This document shows, in pieces, positions 53,110 to 64,000 of a DNA stretch of 64,000 bases (positions are counted from its first letter, which is position 1; each line of letters starts with the position of its first letter). A model generated the notes under the pieces. That model saw only the letters and a list, made by a program, of their open reading frames with translations. It had not been told where the DNA came from and searched no databases. The stretch comes from Rhizophagus irregularis (taxonomy: Eukaryota): NCBI RefSeq assembly GCF_026210795.1, contig NC_089433.1:5208001-5272000 (forward strand). The letters are read 5' to 3'. The position numbers were made by a program, and so were the translations under genes.

Positions 53110-55195
53110 ATGATGTATCAATTTCGTAAATTCGTAAAATTAGCTGATAAATTAATCTTAAATCAAGCTAATAATCATTTTTCACCAATTCTTATTAGTT
53201 ATAATTTTCAAAATAAAATTATTAAAAACACGCAATTTAGAATGAATTCATCATTGATTATTAACGTTACCCCTAAAAAAAATGATTTTATTTCGTTTAA
53301 TGGTTCATTTAAAATTAATTTTATTCAACAACAGAAAAGATTTTATAATGAGAATACGAATGCTTCTAGTGTTTGGGATCCTTATCCAGGTTAATTTTAA
53401 AATTAAATTATTTTAAAAAAAAAATTCTGAATTTACTAAAAAAAATTAATTTTCTTATTATTTAGTACCAACAAATCCTTTAATTGATAAATCTGCAGAA
53501 ACTGCACTTGATGAAGCGAATTATAAAAAATCTCGTCCTCAAGGTGGTCAAAGTCCACCATCATTACATCAAGTAAATCAGTCAGGACGTAAAAAATATA
53601 AGATTAATATTTCTGATTTATTTTCTCCTCGTGTAAGAGATGCTGTATTAACCACAGTTATGGGTATAGCTGCTGTTGGATTTGGTGGTGTAGTGTACCA
53701 TACTTGGTGAGTATAAAATCTCAATTGATTCATTTACTTCAACTTATAATACTTATTTCTAACTATTTCTTATTGAAGGTATGAATGGCACGAAGTTCAT
53801 AAAGTATTAAAATCATTTTTAAAACCTGCCTATCTTTTAAAATCAAAAATAAAAGAAGTCTATTTTGCGAGAGAAGAATATCAAAAAATCTTTAGTGTGG
53901 TAGCAGGTGATACAAAAGGAAAATATTATTTATTAGTCGGCGAAAATGGTACTGGAAAAACTCAATTAGTATTAAGGGCTATGGATATCATAAATCATTA
54001 TGGTGTCGTATTTTGTGAAGCTCATTCGGATACTGAAATTTTTAAAACAAGATTAGGTAGAGCGTTAAATTATACTTTTAGAGAAGATTACATCGGTGGT
54101 TTGTTTGCAAGGGAGGCTCCTGAAAGAGGTATTTAAGTCATTAAAAGTATTTTCTTTCTCGAGAATTGAATATATATTTAATATCTTTTTAAATAGGTTC
54201 TGCGTTACTTGATGTTGAAAAAGCTTTGAATATGGTGGAAGAAGTTGCTTATAAACATAAACTTCGTCATGGTCGACCATTTGTTCTTATAATTAATAAT
54301 ATTCATAATTTTAAAGATGATGAAGATGGATGTGATTTGTTAGAACTTTTACAACAACGTGCTGAAGCTTGGGCTTCTAGTGGTTTTGTTACAATGATTT
54401 TCAATACAGATGATTATAGTGTATACGAGAGAATGAGTAAGTTATATACTTATGATGCAATATGTATTTAAATTAATTTTTATTTTTTTTTTATATTGCA
54501 GAAATGGATGCATCTCATATGGAAACAATTAGAGTTCATGATTTAGAAATTGATGATGCTATGAAGTATTTAAAGGACAAACGTCGTGGTCGTGAATCAG
54601 ACGAAGTTTTAATGCATATCGTGAAAGATCGTATTGGTGGGCGTCTCTCCCATCTTAGTCGTTTGACTAAAGAACCTGATGTTGATATTTTCGGTAATAA
54701 TATTTTACGAATTTCAAATATTTTATTTTAAAAAAATATATTTATCTAATAATATATATTTTTTTTTTAATAGAGGCTGTAAATCAACTTGAAGATGAAG
54801 AAGAAACTTGGTTAATTAATACTATAGGTCTCATACCAAATTTTGATGGACCAGAATACGAATCACAAAAATATGCTTTAGCAGCATGGAAACTTATTAA
54901 AGAATTGATAAAATCACCAACAAAATCTGTCACATTAAGTATGGGAAGGGATATAACTGGTAATCCAAGGTATTTGAAAAAATTGGATCATGATGGTGTT
55001 ATTTTAATTGATACTGAAAATCATATTAAACCTGATTCACAAATATCAATAAATTTTTTTGAGAAAATTGTTAAATCTAAAGGTTTTGAAGAAAAATTGG
55101 CTAAAGTTGAAAAAAGATTAGAACAAGTTGAAAGGGAAGAAAGAACAAGAGAATTAATTTGGAGTAATAAAAATAAGAGATCTTGGTGGATTTAG
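53110..55195 (+). CDS. Membrane-anchored P-loop/AAA-like protein, probably mitochondrial, ~574 aa; exons 53110-53389, 53466-53706, 53779-54128, 54197-54436, 54502-54693, 54774-55195
   Basis: Five GT-AG introns give one 1725-nt frame. Basic, acid-poor N-terminus; TM segment (AVLTTVMGIAAVGFGGVVY); Walker A GENGTGKT; degenerate Walker B FVLIINNIH; IGGRLS motif; C-terminal coiled coil. Confidence 0.85.
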
Positions 55196-56245
55196 AAAAA
55201 AGTTATATTGATATATTTTAATATGTAGTAGTAGTGTAGTACATAATATATAGTGTATATTATAAATATGAATATTATCTTGAAAATAAATGTAATTTTA
55301 TAAATCATTTTCCTTAAAATATACTTCTTTTTAAGTTAATAAAGATTTATGGGTTCTATAAATATATTTACTTAATCTCAGTAAAGATTTAATTTTTTGA
55401 TAGAGTTGTAAGAATTGCTCTTCATACTTTATATATGATAGGAAATGCAAGTAGGATTATTATTATTATTAACAATGTATTTAGCCATGTACAATAAATT
55501 AAAAATTCAATTTTTTCACGCGATCGACTACTGTTAACGTCCTATAGAATTGCATATAAATTATATGAAACCGAATCCTATTATTTTATTGATGTTTGTG
55601 AATATACAAATTGAGATAGTGTGATTGTTACCATTCAAAGTGAATAAATTTTCACCAAACAGCTTTAAATGAAATTTCAGGTATTTCCCATATGTATTGA
55701 AAAAATGTTCAATTTTAGCTTCCTTTCCTATTTCTTTTTATCATTCTTACGCACAAGATCATTTTTAGTCTTTCATTAATAACATTATTTGGTATAATAT
55801 TCCCAAATTATTTCAATATTCTTCGTAAAAAAAGAATATTATTCACATTATCCCATTGTCGAATATCCTCAAAATGATAGATATGAAATTGATCCTAACT
55901 CGTTTAACGATATAATTATACAAAGTTATTAAAATTATAATTTATAAATAATTATATTATACTGTATTTTACTTGTATGTGATAGGAAATAATGCTAATT
56001 AGACTATGACCTATATTGGCCAGGGCATTTTTCAAATAGTTGTTTTACTTAACAATTAGTAAATTAAGCAAAGGGTAGTTGATGAAAATTTGCCGATTTT
56101 AGATTTTGTAAAGCGGATAGGATATGGAACCGTAGGGGAACGACTTTATCTAATGATATTGTTAATTTGGGGCGCAATATATATTTAATTTAGGTCTATA
56201 AAAATTTTAAAAGTGTTTTAAATTTACTGCGGTCTGGAAATCACT

Positions 56246-56454
56246 ACTATCCTTGGGTTATACTAATTTTCGCCCCTAGTTCCATTGATTCTGGCTGGTG
56301 AACCGGGTCCGATTGATCATTATCTGGAATTTTTTGATTTGCAATCATTTGTAATCATCCTGACCCATGACTTCTGCCGTCATTACATGGAATCTGAGCT
56401 AATTTCACATCGGATCCAATGGGAGGGCGAAAATTAGTATAGCCACTATCCTTG
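56246..56454. mobile_element. Small MITE (20-bp TIR at 56256 and 56444) flanked by a 10-bp direct repeat ACTATCCTTG
   Basis: actatccttg|ggttatactaattttcgccc ... gggcgaaaattagtatagcc|actatccttg. Confidence 0.8.
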
Positions 56455-57801
56455 ATGGACCAAGATAGGCCTCAAAGGCTCAAACTACTATTTATGTGAC
56501 CAATGTGGTTTGAGATGACGTTAAAGTCGTTAAACTATCAGGAGATTTATTATGTAGATCTTTAGGGGTATAACGATCCATTTGATGGTGGAGGTCCATG
56601 CTAACTTTAAAATAGAAAGTTTAATATTTTCATTTTTGGAAATTTTTGTTACCATGTGTTTGGTGGATTATTAATCACTTAATTAATTTAAAAGAGGAAA
56701 TTTAGAATTTAATTGGTTCTATTAGAATTTATTTTCATATATAGGGGTTTTAATATTGTCACCATATATATCCATACTAATAAAAGTATTTAATAATAAT
56801 AAAAAAAAGATATCTACATTATCTTTCCACTCAGAAAGCATTTTAATATAATTATATAATAATGGCTCACAATAATAATAAAGGTAATAATTATATATAT
56901 AGTATAAATAATTAATATAATTAAAATTCTAAAATTTTAAACAAATTTACGATATAGTTTCCAGTAGTATTGAAGAAATCAAAGGAGACGGCTCTGGAGA
57001 ATTTGAAGAAACTATTGAGGAATTTGAAGAAAGTAATACCAAGGAATCTAAAGGTATATTAAATAAGCTGAAATATTAAATTTTTATTGTAAATGCATTT
57101 AAATACCATCTATAATTGTATCTTATATAATAAACATATATAATTTTCTATATTATACAAAAATCACATTAAATAATTTAGCTCGTAAGTTAATATATTA
57201 TCTTATAATTGAATAATACTATATATAGTTGGTAAGTTGTCAGTTATTTAAATCTTTAGTTTTTTATTTACTTATTTTACATAATTACTAAAATTTTTGT
57301 TTAAATAACTTTTTAATAATTGATTGTATTACAGATGGAAAGCTACAATATATATTATATTTATTTGCTTAATATCTTATACAACTTAACTAATTATGAT
57401 AATATTCTTAATATAAATATAACTCATATTTTGCTTTTTCAAAAAAAAAAAATTTTATTTAATAAAATAAAAATTTACTGCAGATCTTAGGAGAGTTTTT
57501 CTTATAGACCGATACTTGTGTCATGTGAATTTAATTTTATTGGATCGTCAATGTAGCTCATATGTGATCAACAGCCAATCAATGAGATTCTTATTCCTCC
57601 TATATCTGTTAAGTATGGATTTTGATTGACATCAAAAAACTCCGTAAAAAGAAAATTTTATTGCATAATGCATTGCATAATACATATAATAATGTACATC
57701 TATATATTTATTAAAATTTCAAAAATTTTATTCACTTGCTTTTTTTATATTTCTTAGAATATCCTATTAACCTGAATTCATTGTAATTTAAAAAAAAGTC
57801 A

Positions 57802-60800
57802 ATGAATACTTATACTGAAGATATTGAGACACTAACTAAGTCATCGCATGATATTAAGAAATGTGAAAAATGTAATTTTACTTGTTATGCGATACTTTTT
57901 CAACGAAATTTCAAAAATTGGACTAGTGGTAATGATGATATTGATAAATTTATTCAAGATACTCAGTTATCATCTCATGATAATGTAAAGAAAGTATTAG
58001 AATGGATACCTTATGATAGATTTCATAACATTGAATATATAGCAAAATATGAATTTGGTGAAGTGTATAGAGCAAATTGGATTGATGGAAATATATTTTA
58101 TTGGGATAATGAAAATCAAAACTGGAAAAGGAAAGATCATAATATGTTTGTGAATTTGAAGAATTTAAATACTCCGAATAATATTGTATTAGAATTGACA
58201 AATAAGGTATGATAAACTTATTATTCAATAAAATCTTAAATAATTTATTTTTACTAAAATATTGTTACATTTATAGATTAACATAGAATATAAAATTCAT
58301 GGAATAACTCAGAATCCAAAAACAAAAAATTATATGATTGTTTTAGATAATATATGTGACAAATGTAATCATATATGTTATGCAATACATTTTCAGCAAA
58401 ATTTCAAAACTTGGACTAGTGGTAATTATAATATTGATAAACTTATTCAGAATTCTCAGCTATCAGGACATACTTATTATAGTGTAAAATATGCATTAGA
58501 ATGGATACCTTATAATAGATTTTATGATATTAAATATATTGCAAAAGATGAGTCCTATAGAGCAAATTGGATTGATGGAAATATAAGTTATTGGAATGAT
58601 GAAAATCAAAATTGGAAAAGAGAAAATTATAATATGTTTGTGATTTTGAAGAGCTTAGATACTCCAAAACATATTATAAATGAAATTGAAAATGAGGCAT
58701 GATAATTTATTACTCAATATAATTTTAAGTTTATATTAATTCTACTAATATACTATTGTATTTGCATTTGTAGATCAATAAACCTTATGGAATAACTCAG
58801 GATCCAGAAACAAAAAATTACATGGTGGTTTTGAATTATAAATGTAAAGTGTGTAATACAATGTGTAATGCAATCTACTTTCAACATAAATTTATAGAAT
58901 GGACTAGTGGTAATGATGATATTGATAAATTTATTCAAGATACTCAGTTATCATCTCATGATGATGTAGAGAAAGCAATAGAATTGATCCCCTATGATAG
59001 ATTTTATGATAAGATGCATGTTGCAAAAGATAAGTTTAGCAAAGTATATAGAGCAAAATGGATTGATGGAAATATAAATAATTGGGATAATGAAAATCAA
59101 AATTGGAAAAGAAAGGGTTATAATATGTTTGTGACTCTGAAGACTTCAAAAAATATTATAATTGAAATTGAAAATGAGGTATGGTAAATTTATTATTCAA
59201 TAAGATTTGAAGTTTTTAATTTCTACTAATTTATTTGTATCTGTAGATCAATAGAGTTTATGGAATAACTCAGCATCCTAATACAAAAAATTATATAATG
59301 GTTTTGAATTACAAATGTAAAGTGTGTAATACAATATGTAATGCAATCTACTTTCAACATAAATTTATAGAATGGACTAGTGGTAATAATGATATTGATA
59401 AATTTATACAAAATACTCAACTATCATCTCATGATAATGTAGAGAAAGTATTAGAATGGATACCTTATCATAGATTTTATGATATTAAATATATTACAAA
59501 AGATGAGTCCTATAGAGCAAATTGGGTTGATGGAAATATAAGTCATTGGGATAATGAAAATCAAAATTGGAAAAGAAAAAGTCATTATATGTTTGTGACT
59601 TTGAAAAGTTTATTAAGTAATACAAAAAATATTACAAATGAAATTGAAAATGAGGTATGATAAATTTATTACTCATTACAATTTGAAGTTTTTATTTCTA
59701 CTAATGTATTTATAGATCAATAGACCTTATGGGATAACTCAGGATCCAAAAACAAAAAATTATATGATAGTTTTTAATGATATATGTGAAAAATGCAATA
59801 AATTGTGTAGTTCAATACATTTTCAACGAAATTTTAAAAATTGGACTAGTGGTAATAATGAAATTGATAAATTTATTCAAGATACTCAACTATCAACCCA
59901 TGATAATGCGAAAACAGCATTAGAATGGATACCTTATGATAGGTTTTATAATATTAAATGTATTACACAAGGTGGGTTTGATAAAGTATATAGAGCAAAT
60001 TAAAAAAATAAAAATTGGAAAAGAGTAGATTATAATATGTTTGTGATTTTGAAGAGTTTGGGTACACTAAAAAATATTACAATTGAAATTGAAAATGAGG
60101 TACTGTATGATAAATTTATTATTCTATATAATTTGCATGGAAGTTTTAATTTCTACTAATATGCTGTGTATTTATAGATAAATGGACCTTATGGAATAAC
60201 TCAGGATCCAGAAACAAATAATTATATGATAGTTTTTAATGAAATATGTGAAAAATGTAGTAAAGTTTGTAATTCAATACATTTTCAACGTAATTTTGAA
60301 AGTTGGACTAGTGGTAATGATGATATTGATAAATTTATTCAAGAAACTCAACTATCAACCCATGATAATGCGAAAACAGCATTAGAATGGATACCTTATG
60401 ATAGATTGTATGGTATTGAATATATTGGAAAATATGAGTTTGGTGAAGTGTATATAGCAAATTGGATTGATGGGAATATATTTTATTGGGATAATGAAAA
60501 TCAAAATTGGAATAGATACAATTGTAATATGTTTGTAAATTTGAAGAGTTTAAATACTCCAACCAATTTTATATCAGGATTTACAAATAAGGTATGATAA
60601 ATTTACCATTTATAAAATCTTAAACAATTTAATTTTTGCTAAAATATTTAAAATATTATTATATAAATTTTATGGAATAACACAGAATCCAAAAACAAAA
60701 AATTATATGATTATTTGGGATAATGTATGCGAAAAATGTAATTATAAATGTTATGCAATATATTTTCAGCGAAATTTCAAAAATTGGACTAGTGATAATG

Positions 60801-63126
60801 ATAATATTGATAAATTTATTAAAAATACTCAACTATCAGAACATACCTATTATGGTACTATAGAAAATGTACTAGAATGGATACCCTATGATAGATTTTA
60901 TGATATTAAATATATTGCGGAGGATGAGTTTGGCAAAGTATATAGAGCAAATTGGATTGATGGAAATATAACTAATTGGAATAGTAAAAATCAAAATTGG
61001 AAAAGAAAAGATTATAATATGTTTGTGAATTTGAAGAGTTTAAATGCTCCAAAAAATGTTACAATTGAAATTGAAAATAAGGTATGATAAATTTATCATT
61101 CATAAAATTTCAAGTTTATAATTTCTGCTAATATATTTGCATTTATAGAACAATAGACCTTATGGAATAACTCAGGATCCAGAAACAAAAAATTACATGG
61201 TGGTTTTGAATTATAAATGTAAAGTGTGTAATACAATGTGTAATGCAATCTACTTTCAACATAAATTTATAGAATGGACTAGTGGTAATGATGATATTGA
61301 TAAATTTATTCAAGATACTCAGTTATCATCTCATGATAATGCAGAGAAAATACTAGAATGGATACCTTATAATAAATTTTATAATATTAAATATATTGAA
61401 AAAGATGAGTTTTGCAAAATGTATAGAGCAGATTGGATTGATGGAAATATAAGTTATTGGAATAATGAAACTCAAAATTGGAAAAGAAAAAGTCATAATA
61501 TGTTTGTGATTTTGAAGAGTTTAAATACTCCAAAAAATATTACAATTGAAATTGAAAATGAGGTTTGATAAATTTATTACTCAATATAATCTGAAGTTTT
61601 TTAATTTCTACTAATGTATTTGTATTTGTAGATCAATAGACCTTATGGAATAACTCAGGATCCAAAAACAAAAAATTATATGATAGTTTTTAATGATATA
61701 TGTGAAAAATGTAATAAATTGTGTAATTCAATACATTTTCAACGAAATTTTGAAAATTGGACTAGTGGTAATAATGATATTGATAAATTTATTCAAGATA
61801 CTCAACTATCAGCCCATGATGATGCAAAAACAGCATTAGAATGGATACCTTATGATAGGTTTTATAATATTAAATTTATTGCAAAAGGTGGGTTTGGCAA
61901 AGTGTATAGAGCAAATTGGATTGATGGAAATATAACTGTTTGGGACAGTGAAAATCAATATTGGAAAAGATATAAAAAATATAATAGAAATAATGAAGAT
62001 ATGTTGGTAGCTCTAAAAAGTTTGGATAATTCAGAAAATATTACTTTAGAATTTATTAATGAGGTATTATTTTATTAGTTAATTTGTTATTTATAATATT
62101 TATGATCATAATACTTAAATTATTAATTAGTAAATATTTGTATTTTCACATTCATACAGAGTATGTTACATAATAAAGTAGAAAAGAATAATAACGCGAT
62201 TGTTGGATTTTATGGAATAACTCAGGATCCAAATACGAAAAATTATATAATGGTTTTAGGTTATGCAAAAGATGGAAGTTTACGAAATTTTTTAGATAAA
62301 GAATATAGCAAGCTTGATTGGGATGCAAAGATTGACTATTTACAAGACATTATAGTTGGACTTAAATGTATTCATGAAAAGGAATTAATTCATCGAGATT
62401 TGCATATGATTGGAAATATATTAAAGTTTAAATATAAAACTGCTATAACTGACATGGGATTTTGTAAACCTGCAAATTATAATGTATTAGAAAATGCAAA
62501 AAAAAACATATATGGTGTTCTATATTATATAGCTCCTGAAATTTTAAGAGGACAAAATTATACTAAAGCTGCTGATATTTATAGTTATGGTATAATTATG
62601 TATGAAGTAATTTCTGGATTACGTCCATATCATGATATTAATCATGATGAAACTTTAGCAATAAAAATTTGTCAAGGACTTAGGCCAAGATTTAAATTTA
62701 AAGTACCCCAAATAATTGTTCAATTAATCAAAAGGTGCTTAGATGCAAATCAACTAAAAAGAACAACGGCAGAAGGAATTATAGATATTTTACACAAGTG
62801 GCAAAATGTATCAAATATAAAATTAGAATCACAAATTAAAGAAGCAGATGAAATAAACAAAAATTCACCAAATAACATACCTTTAACTAGTTTATCGTTT
62901 AAAACACATTCAGGAGCTAGTTATACAAGTAGATTGCTCAATTTTAATAATCTCCCTGAACAAAAAAATTCGAATGACTATTATGAACAAAACGATAATA
63001 TAATAAGCAAGGAATTTTCGGGTATTAATTAGTAATTTTATTATTTAAAATGCAAGTTAGTTATTAATGTTTAACTAATAAACTTTACTTTATTAAATAG
63101 AATCTTTACAAATCGATTTATATTAA
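57802..63126 (+). CDS. TKL-type kinase with nine tandem N-lobe cassette exons; exons 57802-58206, 58277-58696, 58774-59178, 59247-59654, 59716-60099 (in-frame TAA at 60001), 60178-60591, 60686-61081, 61149-61562, 61632-62063, 62160-63021, 63101-63126
   Basis: Each cassette encodes (YGITQ.P.TKNY)..CxxCxxxC..WTSGN..IDKFIQ.TQLS..EWIPY..YRANWIDG..LK and is a multiple of 3 with phase-0 introns. Exon 10 has HRDLH, DMG, YIAPE and DIYSYG. The fully spliced transcript would be truncated at exon 5, so the gene is either a pseudogene or needs exon skipping. Confidence 0.8.
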
Positions 63127-63864
63127 ATAAGATGTAAAATTTAAATTTTATATAGTTAATGATTAATTATGCTTATTATTCATGTTCAATATATTATTTT
63201 AGCATTTTTTTAGGTCCAAGATATCGCATTTAATAAGCACATAAGAAAGTTATTAAACCAGTTTTAGTGTTACTAATATTACAATTATTATTGCACGTAT
63301 TATTAGTATATACAGTATTAATATTGCTATTTTTTTCGAAAACTTTTTTTCTATTTTTTTTTTGCTCTTCTTCACTAGTAATATAAAAAGCAAATTTTTA
63401 TTTTTATAATTAGTGAGAATTACACTAAAGGTTTTAAATTTTAATGACCAATTAGCAGATTATACATAAATTAAGGCAGAAGTATGAATTCTTTTTTAAA
63501 GGATCGAAGTAAAGAATATTGCCGCAAACTTAGTATTCAGTTCTTCATACTACTTTTGGATATGATAGCAATAACTTGCTTGGAAGTGCAAGTAGGAGAC
63601 TTTTTACTTATTAAATAAATTCATAAACTTTTTTACTTTATAAATTTTGAAACTCTAATAAACTTTTAAACTTTATAAATTTCAAAATTCTAATGACTTT
63701 TTACTTTATACTGTAAGTTTCAATGTTTTAATAATACTTTTTATTTTATCGTTATAAATTTCGAAATTTAATATGTAAATTTAAAAGACGTATTCCATTG
63801 ATTAAATCATTTTCTTTACGTCAAAGTACAAAATTTTTTTGTCGTAGAATTCAGATATTTATTT

Positions 63865-63946
63865 CCGGATGATTACAAATGATTACAAATCAAAAAATTC
63901 CAGATAATGATCAATCAGGCGAAAATTAGTATAATCCAAGGATAGT
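63865..63946 (-). mobile_element. Truncated, inverted second copy of the 56.2-kb MITE
   Basis: The reverse complement reads actatccttggattatactaattttcgcc..gattgatcattatctggaattttttgatttgtaatcatttgtaatcatcc, matching 56246-56360 with an internal deletion. Confidence 0.8.
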
Positions 63947-64000
63947 AACGATGGTAACAATGGTAGTTTAACGTCATTCCGGATCGCAGTAAATTTAAAA

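Noticed and set aside
57802..62078. Nine separate small genes, as suggested by the ORF track
   Set aside because: Apart from unit 5, each ORF stop lies just inside a donor site and each unit has an upstream in-frame acceptor, so they are exons of one gene.

Overview
Very AT-rich eukaryotic DNA with short spliceosomal introns. The gene content (expanded TKL-type kinases with the WTSGN..ID.FI / EWIPY module, a large TRP-like channel, an AA11-like LPMO) points to an arbuscular mycorrhizal fungus (Glomeromycotina, Rhizophagus-like); this assignment is inferred from family recognition. Bases 1-12363 recur almost identically at 13861-26220 across a 200-N gap, most likely an assembly overlap. Supported genes: an Erf4/GOLGA7-like membrane protein with an NNTP repeat tail (two copies plus an inverted, frameshifted paralog); a secreted His-brace LPMO-like protein; a 3-exon TRP-like channel; a 5-exon tandem kinase whose two domains both lack the catalytic Asp; a 6-exon P-loop/AAA-like protein; and an 11-exon kinase gene with nine phase-0 cassette exons, each encoding a Cys motif plus a kinase N-lobe module, ahead of a single C-lobe exon. 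The cassette array is the most striking structure: it shows higher-order repeats, chimeric units, one stop-containing unit, a GC donor and a lost acceptor. Intergenic DNA holds MITE/foldback elements, kinase relics and an orphan ABCC-transporter fragment. Exon boundaries were inferred by eye; no database searches were run.
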